From a virus, in the IMG/VR virus record IMGVR_UViG_3300033233_000009, positions 32,001 to 96,000 of that record: a stretch of 64,000 bases of DNA. One strand, 5' to 3'. Position 1 is the stretch's first letter; every line of letters begins with the position of its first letter. The translations under genes and the position numbers were made by a program. Shown in pieces: positions 1-9,585 of the stretch. Under the pieces are notes generated by a model that saw only the letters and a list, made by a program, of their open reading frames with translations, was not told where the DNA came from and ran no database searches.

Positions 1-4
1 GCGG

Positions 5-1759
5 GTGCCGGACGGTGAACCGGCTGGAACCATCAGCCCGAACTTCGAGGTGGTGCGCGAGGGCAACGGTAAGGTGCCGACCTACGGCACGGCGCAGCGG
101 CACGTGATCGCCTGGTACCAGGGCCGGCGTGCGACCCCGAACCCCGTGCACCTCGCGCTCGATGGCAACTTCTCGTTCGGAATCGGAACGAAGGACGACA
201 CGCACATGAAGAAGAACGCGGCAGCCAAGGGCGAAGTGATCTGGGAGGACAACCTGCTGACGTGGACCTCCGCCGGAGTGGACAAGCTCGGCAATCCGCG
301 CGGTCTCAACATGACCGCGACCCCCGAGGGCCGCGTGCTCGCGCAGGACATGCTGGCGGAGCGCCAGACCGGACGCCGCCGCGGTATCCTCGCCGAGCAG
401 GCGGACTTCTTCGACGTCGCCATGGGCAACGGCTGGCAGTACGTCCCGCCGGAGGGCATCGGTGCGCTGACCGACGCGACCATCGTCAGCATGGACGGCT
501 TCATCGGCGACGACGGCAAGTGGTACCCGCATCCCGACGTGGAGGAGCCCGTCGTGTACGCCCACATGAACTACGAGGTCGAGGACCCGATCGAGTCGTG
601 GGCGGAGGGCAAGCCGGTGTTCTGGCAGGCCGAGACGATCGAAATGACACCGGAGGGCCGGGCCGCTGCCCTGGAGGAGCTGGCGAGCGCCACGGGGGAG
701 GCGTACGAGCCGAACGCGCGCAAGAACGTGACCGCGGTGATCAACGCCTTCATGGAAGGGCGCCGCCTCGGCGGGACGACCGTCAGCACGGACGGGCAGC
801 AGATTTTCTCCTACGCGATGCCGATCGCGGGCTGGGGTGCGGGCGGCGTGGTCGTGCTGGACGCGAAGGCCGCGCCGAGCCGAACGACCGCGAGCCACAT
901 TCGCGCGGTCCAGTCAGCGATGCCGGAGGCGCGCGTCGTGGCGGCGCTCGATCCGCCCGCCGAAGGGCATTCTGCCGGGCGAAGGCCCCTCGGCTGGGAG
1001 CCGATGCGGGCGAACGCTGCAATCGACGCTGACAAGATCAAGGCCGCGCTCAGGATGGTGCACCACGCCGAGCGTACGTCCACCAACCCTGGCGGAAAGG
1101 ACCGGGCCGTCGCCTATCGGCAGGCCGTGCGGGACTACGGGCTGAACGACGCGGAGGCCGACATCCTTGGGAACGCGCTGCATGTGTCCGCGCACGAGCG
1201 GAACGCGCGTGGCAGCAAGCCGTGGTTCGGACAGGACCAAGGCAACGTCGGGCACTGGGCCTACGCGATCAAGATCGACGGCATCGAGAACGACTTTCCG
1301 CTCAAGCCCCTGGGGCGCCAGGAGGAGTGGCCAGCGGTACGAGCCTTCCAGGCGTCCGCGCGTACCACGTGGATCAATGCCAAGCACGACCGCTCCGGCG
1401 GGATGAACAGCGTCAAGCGATTCGTCAAGTCGGAGCCACGTCCAGACCAGTTCTACGCGAAGTGGTCACCGGGCGATGACAGCTTCCAGATTTGGTACAC
1501 CGTCGGTGAGGCCGCAGAGAGTCACACCCCCAACTGGGGCCTGATGCTCGATCTGGGCGGTGTGGAACGCCGCCTCGGCGCCGACCATGTGGCCGCGGTG
1601 CTCGGGAGCGTCACGCCGCACGCGGTCGCGCTCGGTCTGGCGAACGACGCCCTGGACGCGAACGACGTGAAGCGGCACGAGGCGTACACGTCGCTCGCGC
1701 GCATGATCGACGACGGTGACCTCGACGACCTGATCGCGTCGGCGCGAGGGCGGGCCTGA
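5..1759 (+). CDS. Multi-domain hypothetical protein, probably truncated at the window edge
   Basis: Long ORF whose stop overlaps the next ATG; mosaic of short segments separated by xx(P/R/A/K)N motifs. Confidence 0.7.
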   Translation: MPDGEPAGTISPNFEVVREGNGKVPTYGTAQRHVIAWYQGRRATPNPVHLALDGNFSFGIGTKDDTHMKKNAAAKGEVIWEDNLLTWTSAGVDKLGNPRGLNMTATPEGRVLAQDMLAERQTGRRRGILAEQADFFDVAMGNGWQYVPPEGIGALTDATIVSMDGFIGDDGKWYPHPDVEEPVVYAHMNYEVEDPIESWAEGKPVFWQAETIEMTPEGRAAALEELASATGEAYEPNARKNVTAVINAFMEGRRLGGTTVSTDGQQIFSYAMPIAGWGAGGVVVLDAKAAPSRTTASHIRAVQSAMPEARVVAALDPPAEGHSAGRRPLGWEPMRANAAIDADKIKAALRMVHHAERTSTNPGGKDRAVAYRQAVRDYGLNDAEADILGNALHVSAHERNARGSKPWFGQDQGNVGHWAYAIKIDGIENDFPLKPLGRQEEWPAVRAFQASARTTWINAKHDRSGGMNSVKRFVKSEPRPDQFYAKWSPGDDSFQIWYTVGEAAESHTPNWGLMLDLGGVERRLGADHVAAVLGSVTPHAVALGLANDALDANDVKRHEAYTSLARMIDDGDLDDLIASARGRA

Positions 1760-3405
1760 TGGCGCGCAGGAAGGCTGCTACTCCGCGTCGTGCGGCCCAC
1801 TCCGGCACGACGGTGTCCGGCGTGCTGTACCGCGGGCTCGAACCCGTGCTCGTTCCGATCGCCGTAACGGTCGATCCGGGGCCGCCCGGCTTGCGCGTCG
1901 CCGGCCTCACCGAGTCGCACGCGCGGGAGGCGCGGGTGCGCGTGCTGAGCGCGCTCACCGGGGTGGGCTTTGCGCCCGAGGCGCAGATCACGGTGCAGGT
2001 GCCCCAGGAAGCCGCGACCGCCGCCCGCGCGGCGGGCTACCCCGGACTCGACCTTCCGATCGCACTCGGTGTCCTGGCCAGTCACGGGCTGATCCCGGCG
2101 GAGTCGCTGACGGGCACGCTGGCGGTCGGCGAGCTGGGCCTCGACGGCGGTCTGCGCGCCGTGCGCGGTGCGGCCGTGGCCGCAGTCGGCGCCGACGAGC
2201 ACGGCGCGGAGGTGCTTCTCGTCCCCGCCTGGAACGAACCGGAGGCAACCTTTTCCGGGCACGTGCCGGTTCAGCCGCTCCGCGACCTCGCGGAAGCCGT
2301 GGCCTACATGCAGGAGCGACCCGTCCCGCGCATGCGTGTGCATCGCGAGTTCGCGCCGTGCGGCGGGCAGCCAGTGGCCAGCGATCCGGGTCTGCCTCCC
2401 GAAGCGCTGGTGGCGGTCGAGGAAGGCCGCAACATTCTGCTCGTCGGGCCACCCGGTTCGGGGAAGACAATGGCCGCGCGGTACATCCTCGGGCTGCTAC
2501 CGCCGCTGTCCGCGGACGAGGCGACGGACCTGACGCTGATCTACAGCGTCGCCGGGCTGCTTCAAGGTAACTACGCCTGCGCGCGGCCGTTCCGTGCGCC
2601 GCACCACTCGGTAAGCGAGGCGGGGCTGGTCGGTGGCGGCAACCCGCCGCGGCCCGGCGAGGTGACGCTGGCGCACCGCGGGGTGCTGCTGCTGGACGAG
2701 CTGTCGGAGTTCAGCCGAACCAGCATCGAATCGCTCGCGGGCGCGCTGCGCCACGAGCAGGTGACGCGGGTGAAGTACCCGGCGGCCCCCCTGGTGGTCG
2801 TGGGCGCGGCCAACCCGTGCCCGTGCGGGTACCTCGGCAGCACGCGGGCGTGCCGGTGCAGCGACCGGGCTCGGGCGCTGCACGACGAACGGCTCAACGC
2901 GCTGGCCGAAGCCCTGGGCATGGAGCGGTTCGACATTGGGGCGCTCACCGTCAAGGGAATGCTGGGCGTGCACGCGCCGAACGCGCGGCCCGAGTCAGCC
3001 ATTGCGAAGCGGTGGATGCGGGACAGCCTTGCGAACGACATCCACCACGAGTTCGTGGACGGCATCACCGGCGAGGTCAACCTGACCAAGCTGGCGGAGG
3101 AGTGCGCCATCGCGCTCGGGCACACCGAGTGGCTCGACGACGAGACGCATCCGGTGTGGGACTGGGCCATCGAGGTGACGGACGCGGGCGGCTACGCGCG
3201 CAACGCGAGCGCGCGCTTCGTGAACTGGGACCTCTCGCGGACGCCATCCGGTCTGCTCGAAATCTCCTTGGCCAACGGCGCCGTGCTCTACTACGAGGTG
3301 GGGCCGGCGGACTGGCGCAACACGGGCGGCAGCCGAGTGAGCCCCGCGGAGGAGACGACGATCGACCGCTTCCTGGCGTACGCGCTGGCGCAGGGGGCGG
3401 GCTGA
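1759..3405 (+). CDS. ComM/YifB-like Mg-chelatase-family AAA+ ATPase, shortened and fused to unrelated C-terminal segments
   Basis: Lon-like N-part (REARVRV, LDLPIALG, GELGLDG), Walker A GPPGSGKT, RPFRAPHHS, PGEVTLAHRGVLLLDELSEF, ANPCPCGY. Confidence 0.85.
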   Translation: MARRKAATPRRAAHSGTTVSGVLYRGLEPVLVPIAVTVDPGPPGLRVAGLTESHAREARVRVLSALTGVGFAPEAQITVQVPQEAATAARAAGYPGLDLPIALGVLASHGLIPAESLTGTLAVGELGLDGGLRAVRGAAVAAVGADEHGAEVLLVPAWNEPEATFSGHVPVQPLRDLAEAVAYMQERPVPRMRVHREFAPCGGQPVASDPGLPPEALVAVEEGRNILLVGPPGSGKTMAARYILGLLPPLSADEATDLTLIYSVAGLLQGNYACARPFRAPHHSVSEAGLVGGGNPPRPGEVTLAHRGVLLLDELSEFSRTSIESLAGALRHEQVTRVKYPAAPLVVVGAANPCPCGYLGSTRACRCSDRARALHDERLNALAEALGMERFDIGALTVKGMLGVHAPNARPESAIAKRWMRDSLANDIHHEFVDGITGEVNLTKLAEECAIALGHTEWLDDETHPVWDWAIEVTDAGGYARNASARFVNWDLSRTPSGLLEISLANGAVLYYEVGPADWRNTGGSRVSPAEETTIDRFLAYALAQGAG

Positions 3406-3407
3406 AG

Positions 3408-4295
3408 ATGCCGCGCGTTCGCGTCAATCTGGCGGGGCAACGGTTCGGCAAATGGACCGTCCAGACGTATACCGGCGGCGGCCGGTGGACCTGTCTATGC
3501 GACTGCGGGCAGACGAGAGCCCTCGCGAGTACAACACTCAGCCAAGGGCGCTCCAAGTCCTGTGGCTGCCGCAGGGGCGAGCTGACGAGGCTGCGGAACC
3601 TGACGGCGAACCCAGCGCGGCGTACTCCGCTGGAGAGCCTCGTGGGACGGAGTTTCGCGCGACTCACCGTTATTGGATACGTGAAGGGGGCGAAGTGGCG
3701 GTGCGTCTGCAAATGCGGACGCGAGAGCGTCGTACGCGGTGTTCATTTGAAGAACGGTGCGGTGCGAAGCTGCGGTTGTTACATGATGGAGGTTGCCCTC
3801 GCGAGGGGCGAGCGGCTGCGTGTACCGGAGACGATCAGGAAGCAGCGTGATAAAACGCGCGGAGAGAGGTACCGCGCCACGCAGAGGTTTGCCAAGACTC
3901 GGGCCGAGTACGAGGCGTCGGAGCAAGGAAAGGCCAACCGCAGGAGAGGGTATCTGTCGCCGAAGGCAAAAGAAGCGGCGCGCCGTCGCCGCGCTTTGCT
4001 GGCGGGTTCCGACTCTTGCCTGACAGAGGCGCAGTGGCAGGCCATCGTTGGTCTGTGGGGCTGCTGTGCCTACTGCCTGGAACAAACGAAAGTGACCCAG
4101 GATCACATCGTACCGATCAGCAAACAAGGCTCCGGTGACGCTTGGAATGTGGTCCCCGCGTGCCCCCGCTGCAACAGCGCGAAGCACGTATCGGACGTGG
4201 AAGTGTTCCTGAGACGCAAAGGGCGTGACTCTGTGCAGTTCTGGGACCGCGTCCGAGAAGTTGCTCACGCTATCGAAATGATGGAGGCTGCGTAG
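3408..4295 (+). CDS. HNH endonuclease with two N-terminal CxCxCG/SCGC repeats (homing-endonuclease-like)
   Basis: GQRFGKWTV..WTCLCDCG..SCGC twice; C-terminal CAYC..DHIVP..N..PAC..CN..K; visibly more A/T-rich than flanks. Confidence 0.85.
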   Translation: MPRVRVNLAGQRFGKWTVQTYTGGGRWTCLCDCGQTRALASTTLSQGRSKSCGCRRGELTRLRNLTANPARRTPLESLVGRSFARLTVIGYVKGAKWRCVCKCGRESVVRGVHLKNGAVRSCGCYMMEVALARGERLRVPETIRKQRDKTRGERYRATQRFAKTRAEYEASEQGKANRRRGYLSPKAKEAARRRRALLAGSDSCLTEAQWQAIVGLWGCCAYCLEQTKVTQDHIVPISKQGSGDAWNVVPACPRCNSAKHVSDVEVFLRRKGRDSVQFWDRVREVAHAIEMMEAA

Positions 4296-4298
4296 CTC

Positions 4299-5339
4299 AT
4301 GTCCTACGGAATCCCGAATCCATACGTCGCGACAACGCACCCGTACCCCTCTCCCGCCACAGGCGGAAAGGGTGGTAGCTGGATCCGCCCCGTACACACG
4401 TTTCCTTACATGCGGTCCGTCCAGAGCGTATTCCTCCCCAGTCATTTCAACGACGGCAACCCGGCGCTCCGCGGGCTCGGTGACGTGAACGCCGCGAACG
4501 GCGTGTTCGGCACGTCGCAGGGTGGCGGCGGCGTGTTCGGGCCGTCGCTGTACGGGCTCGGGGACACAGGCGAGGACATCGACGCCATCGCGGCGTTCAT
4601 CCTGAACAGTCGCACCACCTCGCCGGCTGCCTTCGACGTCCAGACCCACTTCCGCGCCTGGTACAACGGGCTGTACTTCTGGCAGAAGGACGACGACGCG
4701 AAGGCGAAAGCAGAGAACTACAGGAGACAGTTCATCGACGCGAACGCGGTCGTCAGCAAGGCTACGGCGCCGACCAGCACCGCCCCGGCGCCGTCGTTCA
4801 TGCCGATGATCAACGACCCCAACGCGCCGGTCGCGACGAAGGGCCCGACTGCGCCTGCGCTCACGGGCCAGGCCAGTGGCCAGAGTGGCGACCCGCGCGT
4901 GAGCGAGCTTCAGGGCTACCTGAACCGTGTGCTCAAGACGGCGGGGCTGACCGCGCTTGACCAGGATGGCAAGCTCGGCGCGAAGGGCTGCGGCGCCATC
5001 GCGTGGTACCGCGGGCCGGGACGCTCCCTGGCAAGCGCGAGCACCGCGGCGGCGATCGACGCGAACCTCGGTGCGATGGGCGCGATCTACGCCTCGGTCT
5101 GCGCGGTCAAGGGCTCGACCGCGCCGGGCGGCGGGGGCGCCACGACGGTGAAGGCGCCTTCCGTGTACGTGGCGACGCCTCCGGTGGCGACGCCTCCGGT
5201 GGCGACGCCGCCCGTGGCACCTCCGCCGGAGGAGCCCGCGAAGGCGAGCGCCATGGGCGCGGGCACGTGGGCGATGATCGGTGGCGGATTGCTTGCCGTC
5301 GGGCTCGCGGTCGTGGGAAAGAAGAAGGGCTGGTTCTGA
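4299..5339 (+). CDS. Putative virion membrane protein with peptidoglycan-binding-like domain and C-terminal TM anchor
   Basis: ELQGYLN..DGKLGAKGC; TM WAMIGGGLLAVGLAVVG followed by KKK; GLG motifs. Confidence 0.65.
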   Translation: MSYGIPNPYVATTHPYPSPATGGKGGSWIRPVHTFPYMRSVQSVFLPSHFNDGNPALRGLGDVNAANGVFGTSQGGGGVFGPSLYGLGDTGEDIDAIAAFILNSRTTSPAAFDVQTHFRAWYNGLYFWQKDDDAKAKAENYRRQFIDANAVVSKATAPTSTAPAPSFMPMINDPNAPVATKGPTAPALTGQASGQSGDPRVSELQGYLNRVLKTAGLTALDQDGKLGAKGCGAIAWYRGPGRSLASASTAAAIDANLGAMGAIYASVCAVKGSTAPGGGGATTVKAPSVYVATPPVATPPVATPPVAPPPEEPAKASAMGAGTWAMIGGGLLAVGLAVVGKKKGWF

Positions 5340-5343
5340 TCCC

Positions 5344-7047
5344 ATGTCCCTCGGTTCACTCGGCAGCAGCAGGCGGCGGTCCAGCACGAACGGCGTGCTG
5401 GGCGGTCACCTCGGTGCCGTGCCGAGCCAGTGGACCGCGGATTCGCGCGTCAAGGCGCTGCAAGCCGCGCTGAACACGCAGATGGCGGCGGCGGGCTGCA
5501 CCACCGCGCTGACGGCCGACGGGCTGATCGGGCCCGGGACGTGCGGCGCCCTCGCCTGGTCGAAGGCGACCGGCGCGCCCCCGAGCGCGTACCAGACCTA
5601 CGCGGCGGACTTCGACGGGGGCTGCAAGGCGTTCACGCCCAAGGCGCCGGCCTGCCCGGCGGTCACTGCCACGGCGCCTGCCACCACCACCACCACCACC
5701 ACGGCGACGGCACCGGCGGGCACGTACGGCCTGCCCTTCGCGCTCGGAGTGAAGGACCCGACGGTGCTGAAGTGGCAGTACATGCTGAACACCGAGCTGG
5801 ACGCGCGCGGGATCCCGACCGTGCCGGAGGACGGGGTGTTCAGTCTGGCGACGTGCGCGGGCTTCGGGGCGTTCGGGCGCTCTTACAACGAGGCGCCGAA
5901 CGAGCCGACGCCGGACGATACCTTCGCGGGCATCGTGGCGCAGTACCAGAAGGGCATCGTCGCCGCCTGCGCAGCCCTGGCGCAGCCCGCGACGACGACC
6001 GCGCCGCCGGCCACCACGACCACGACCACGACCGCGCCGCCTCCCGCTACCACGCCGTCGGCGAGCGCGAGCGACCTGATGCGCCAGCAGCAGACGATGC
6101 TCAACGCCTGGCTCGCGAGCGTCGGGTATCTACCGATCCCGGTGAGCGGCGTGTGGGACGGGCGGACCTGCGGCGCGGGGCAGCTACTCGCCAAGACCCT
6201 GCCCGACACCGACCCGACGAAGATCGCGCTGGCCGGCGTGCTGGCGAAGATCAAGCCGCTGCTCGGGATGCCGTGCGGCGTGACCGTGCAGCCGATCGCG
6301 CCCTCGCGACCGGCGGTCGCTCCGCCGTCGAGCGCGCAGATCCTCCAGATGCAGAAGCTGCTCAACGCCGAGGTGCTCCGGCCCGGCAGCTACCGGCTGC
6401 TCGCGGAGGACGGGAAGCTCTCGGCGGCGACATGCGGCGCGGCGAGCGACACCGCGGCGGCGGCGAGCATCGGCCGGATCCGCGTGTCGGCGACGCTCCA
6501 GGCCCTGCTCGACCACACGGGGCTGCTCCCGGGCTGCCTGCCGCTGAAGCCCTGGCAGTTCCCGCAGACGGCGACGCCGATCGTGGCGAGCCGTTCCGCG
6601 TCGCTGCCGCCGCTGAACCGCGACGGCGAGTGCGTGATCAACTTCGGGCAGAAGTACGCCGAGATCGGCCTGCTGCAACAGCAGATGAACGCCACGCTCG
6701 CGAGCAACGGCTACAAGCCGATCCCCGTCACGAGCGCGTGGGACGCGGCGACCTGCGGCGCGCTGTTCGAGCTGGGAGGGAAGTTCTCGCCGCGCTCGTC
6801 GAGCGGGTGCCCGCACGCCTACTCGGTGCCGCTCACGTGCCCGACGGTGGCGCGACCGGCCAAGGTGGTGGTGGCGCCGCCGCCCACGAAGCTGCCGGTG
6901 CCGCCTCCCCCTCCGCTCGCTCCGGTGAAGCGGGCCAGCATGGCGCTCCCGCTCGGCATCGCCGCCCTGGTCGGCATCGGAGCGCTCGTCTACGCGAAGA
7001 AGAAGGGCCTCATCATGGCTGCGAAGAAGGCAACGGTGAAAGCATGA
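5344..7047 (+). CDS. Putative virion protein with about 5 Cys-containing peptidoglycan-binding-like repeats and C-terminal TM
   Basis: Repeated Q..LN...DGxxGxxTCGA units, Thr/Pro linkers, TM plus KKKG; start reassigned to ATG 5344. Confidence 0.65.
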   Translation: MSLGSLGSSRRRSSTNGVLGGHLGAVPSQWTADSRVKALQAALNTQMAAAGCTTALTADGLIGPGTCGALAWSKATGAPPSAYQTYAADFDGGCKAFTPKAPACPAVTATAPATTTTTTTATAPAGTYGLPFALGVKDPTVLKWQYMLNTELDARGIPTVPEDGVFSLATCAGFGAFGRSYNEAPNEPTPDDTFAGIVAQYQKGIVAACAALAQPATTTAPPATTTTTTTAPPPATTPSASASDLMRQQQTMLNAWLASVGYLPIPVSGVWDGRTCGAGQLLAKTLPDTDPTKIALAGVLAKIKPLLGMPCGVTVQPIAPSRPAVAPPSSAQILQMQKLLNAEVLRPGSYRLLAEDGKLSAATCGAASDTAAAASIGRIRVSATLQALLDHTGLLPGCLPLKPWQFPQTATPIVASRSASLPPLNRDGECVINFGQKYAEIGLLQQQMNATLASNGYKPIPVTSAWDAATCGALFELGGKFSPRSSSGCPHAYSVPLTCPTVARPAKVVVAPPPTKLPVPPPPPLAPVKRASMALPLGIAALVGIGALVYAKKKGLIMAAKKATVKA

Positions 7048-8003
7048 ACGGCATCCTCGGTAGCCCTACGGGGCTCGGCGTGTTCGCGGGCAGGCAGGGG
7101 CTCGGTGCGACCTACCCGTTCGGCAAGTACTCGGACGACACCAAGGCGTTGCAGCGCCAGGTGAACGCCTGGCTTGCGGCCACCGGCCTGGCCGTGGTCG
7201 CGGAGGACGGGCTGCTCGGGCAGCGCACGTGCGGCGCGCTTCGCAAGGCGAAGATGGAGGTCCCGAGCACGTGCAGTGGCTTCGTGGAGCCGACCCCGGG
7301 CTACTACCCCTGGAACAACTACAGCGCGGACACCAAGGCGTTGCAGGCCGTGCTCGCCGCCCGGTTCCCGAGCGTGAAGGTGGACGGTATCCTCGGGCCG
7401 CTGACGTGCGGCGCCGGCAAGGCTGCGGGGCGGTACCCCGCGACCTGCGAGAGCTTCACCCTCCCGGAGGGCGCGGTCGTCTCGGCCGGGCCGTCGGTGG
7501 CCCCCGCTCCCGCGGCGGCGCCCGGGAAGGCCGTGGACTGGGTGGCGCTGGCGGCGTACGCGGCGGCGGTCAAGGCGCAGAACGACAAGCGCGCGGCCGA
7601 CCTGCTCGCGTACGCGGCGGCGGTGAAGGCGGACAAGGACCGGCAGAACCTGCTCGCGTACGCGGCGGCGGTGAAGGCCGCGAACGACAAGAAGGCTGCC
7701 GACCTGCTCGCGTACGTGGCCGCGGTGAAGGCCGCGCAGGCTGCCAAGAAGCCCGCGCCGCGCCCGCCCGCTGCACGCGCGGTGACGGTGGCCAAGCCGA
7801 AGGTCAGCGCGGCCACGCCTGTCCCGCCGCCGCCGGCTCCTCCGCCGCCCGCGCCGGATCCGGCGCTGGAGCCCGCGCACGCCTCCGCGGAGATCGCGGA
7901 GGCCGGCATGAGCATGACCACCAAGCTCGCCCTCGGCGTAGGCGTCGTCGCGGTGGTAGGCTACATGGTGTTCTTCAGGAAGCCGTCGCCGAAGGCCGCG
8001 TGA
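7044..8003 (+). CDS. Putative virion protein with two PG-binding-like repeats, AYAAAVKA helical repeats and C-terminal TM
   Basis: YSxDTKALQ..DGxLGxxTCGA twice; ATG overlaps the upstream stop. Confidence 0.65.
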   Translation: MNGILGSPTGLGVFAGRQGLGATYPFGKYSDDTKALQRQVNAWLAATGLAVVAEDGLLGQRTCGALRKAKMEVPSTCSGFVEPTPGYYPWNNYSADTKALQAVLAARFPSVKVDGILGPLTCGAGKAAGRYPATCESFTLPEGAVVSAGPSVAPAPAAAPGKAVDWVALAAYAAAVKAQNDKRAADLLAYAAAVKADKDRQNLLAYAAAVKAANDKKAADLLAYVAAVKAAQAAKKPAPRPPAARAVTVAKPKVSAATPVPPPPAPPPPAPDPALEPAHASAEIAEAGMSMTTKLALGVGVVAVVGYMVFFRKPSPKAA

Positions 8004-8023
8004 TGCCGCGATAGGATCCCAAG

Positions 8024-8341
8024 ATGCGTAGAATTTATACCTCGACAGCGCACTTCCGCGCTCCGTACGACACCGCGAACATCAGCTTCGCCGGACTCGG
8101 CGTGCTCGGTTCGGATCACCGCGCGTACGACGCGAACCGATGGCCCGCGCGGCGGAGCTACTTCGACGTCTCGCAGTACCGCGCTCCGCTGCGTGCCGGC
8201 TACTACCAGTCGGGCGCGCTCCGCGGCGCCGAGGCACCGGAGGCGCAGGCAAGCATGACTGGCGCGCAGAAGTGGACGATCGTGGCGGTCATCCTCGGCT
8301 CCATCGCGCTCGGCGTCCTGGGCGACAAGCTGAAGGCGTGA
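8024..8341 (+). CDS. Small membrane protein with GLG motif and C-terminal TM
   Basis: WTIVAVILGSIALGVLG; internal HFRAPY/QYRAPL repeat. Confidence 0.6.
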   Translation: MRRIYTSTAHFRAPYDTANISFAGLGVLGSDHRAYDANRWPARRSYFDVSQYRAPLRAGYYQSGALRGAEAPEAQASMTGAQKWTIVAVILGSIALGVLGDKLKA

Positions 8342-8345
8342 GCCG

Positions 8346-8567
8346 GTGACGGCGCAGCTACCGAGCACCGCGGTCGTGGCGCCGGCCGACAGCGCCATGC
8401 CGCCTGCCGTACGGCGCTACGCCCTGACCGGGGTGGTGCCGAGCGCGTTCCGGCGGGATCTGGTCACGGCGACCAACCAGATCCCCCGCTGGGGCTACGT
8501 GGCGCTCGCGCTCGTGTCGGCGTGGCTCGCAGCGCGGGCCTACGGCGAGGACCGACCGAAAACTTGA
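8346..8567 (+). CDS. Small membrane protein
   Basis: TM WGYVALALVSAWLAA; fills the gap between genes. Confidence 0.5.
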   Translation: MTAQLPSTAVVAPADSAMPPAVRRYALTGVVPSAFRRDLVTATNQIPRWGYVALALVSAWLAARAYGEDRPKT

Positions 8568-8593
8568 CCCTCGGGGGCTCGCAGCGGGAAGCT
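8556..8593 (+). promoter_or_regulatory. Promoter CCGAAAAC-TTGACC-N18-GAAGCT
   Basis: Same motif and spacing as 12579 and 21901; ATG 6 nt downstream. Confidence 0.6.
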
Positions 8594-8599
8594 AACCCG

Positions 8600-9145
8600 A
8601 TGCGAAGGCAAACAAGCGGGCTCGGTGTGCTGGGCGGGCCTGACGTGCTCGGTGGCGCGCTGGGCGACCAGGCGGAGGACATCGACACCATCGCGAAGTA
8701 TATGTCCGGTACGCCGTACCGGACGGAAGCCGCGCGGAAGATTCAGGACGAGTGGAAGGTCTGGCTCGACGGCGTGAGCTGGTGGGACAAGAACTACGAC
8801 CGGCCGACATACGACCACGCTCGGAACCTCCGCAACTCCTTCAACAAGGCCAACGCGACGACCGCAGCGGAGGCGGCGGCGGCGGAGCACGTCATCAAGA
8901 CCGGCATGACCACCGAGACGATGACGGGCGGCGCCTCGCGGATCACGTCGGGGGGCACCTTCTCGGAAAAGGACGGCGGCACCGTGGCGCTGCCGCTGTG
9001 GGCGAAGTTCGGCATCGGCGTGGCGATTGCCGGGCTCGGGATCTATGCGCTGCGCGAGCTGCGCCTGTTCGCCACGCTGTTCAAGAAGGCGCCGAAGACC
9101 GGGCACACGCCGAACCGCCGGTCACGCCGGAGGGCTCGCGCGTGA
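8600..9145 (+). CDS. Membrane protein sharing a domain with 4299-5339
   Basis: GDQAEDIDTIAKY..W..G..WW.K vs GDTGEDIDAIAAF..WYNGLYFWQK; TM plus basic tail. Confidence 0.65.
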   Translation: MRRQTSGLGVLGGPDVLGGALGDQAEDIDTIAKYMSGTPYRTEAARKIQDEWKVWLDGVSWWDKNYDRPTYDHARNLRNSFNKANATTAAEAAAAEHVIKTGMTTETMTGGASRITSGGTFSEKDGGTVALPLWAKFGIGVAIAGLGIYALRELRLFATLFKKAPKTGHTPNRRSRRRARA

Positions 9146-9585
9146 TCTACTCCCGCTGGCGCCCGGACACGGGCGGCTACGACTACTTCCAGTCCGCGGA
9201 ACGCCGTGGGCTCGGCGACGATCTGCCCGTGCCGAAGCTCTACGGGGGCACGGCCATCGGCGTGGCCAGCACCGACATCGGGCGCCCTGCGCCGGGTGCG
9301 CTGCGCCCCGCCGGCAGCGGGCCGGTGGCGAAGGGGTCAATTCTGCCGCTGTCGCGGCAGGGGCTGAGCAGCATCGACTGGATGGGGAGCGGCGGCGTGG
9401 TCGCGGGCGTGCTGTTCTTCGGGGCGCTGGCGGCGTTCGTCGCGGTGCCGGGTGCGGTCGGTGGGTACCTGACGGCCGCGGCGCTCAAGAAGGACAAGAA
9501 GAAGTGGGCGATCTACGGCGCGGTCGGCGCGCCCGTGGCGCTGTTCGGCTGGAACGCGGTCGAGAAGCTGCGGTTGCGGAAATGA
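9142..9585 (+). CDS. Membrane protein with 2-3 TM segments
   Basis: GTG overlaps the upstream stop; hydrophobic C-half; RRGLGDD. Confidence 0.6.
   Translation: MIYSRWRPDTGGYDYFQSAERRGLGDDLPVPKLYGGTAIGVASTDIGRPAPGALRPAGSGPVAKGSILPLSRQGLSSIDWMGSGGVVAGVLFFGALAAFVAVPGAVGGYLTAAALKKDKKKWAIYGAVGAPVALFGWNAVEKLRLRK

Noticed and set aside
5887-5898. Match to the first 12 nt of spacer 6
   Set aside because: Too short and diverges afterwards; expected by chance. Other spacers were only checked by eye
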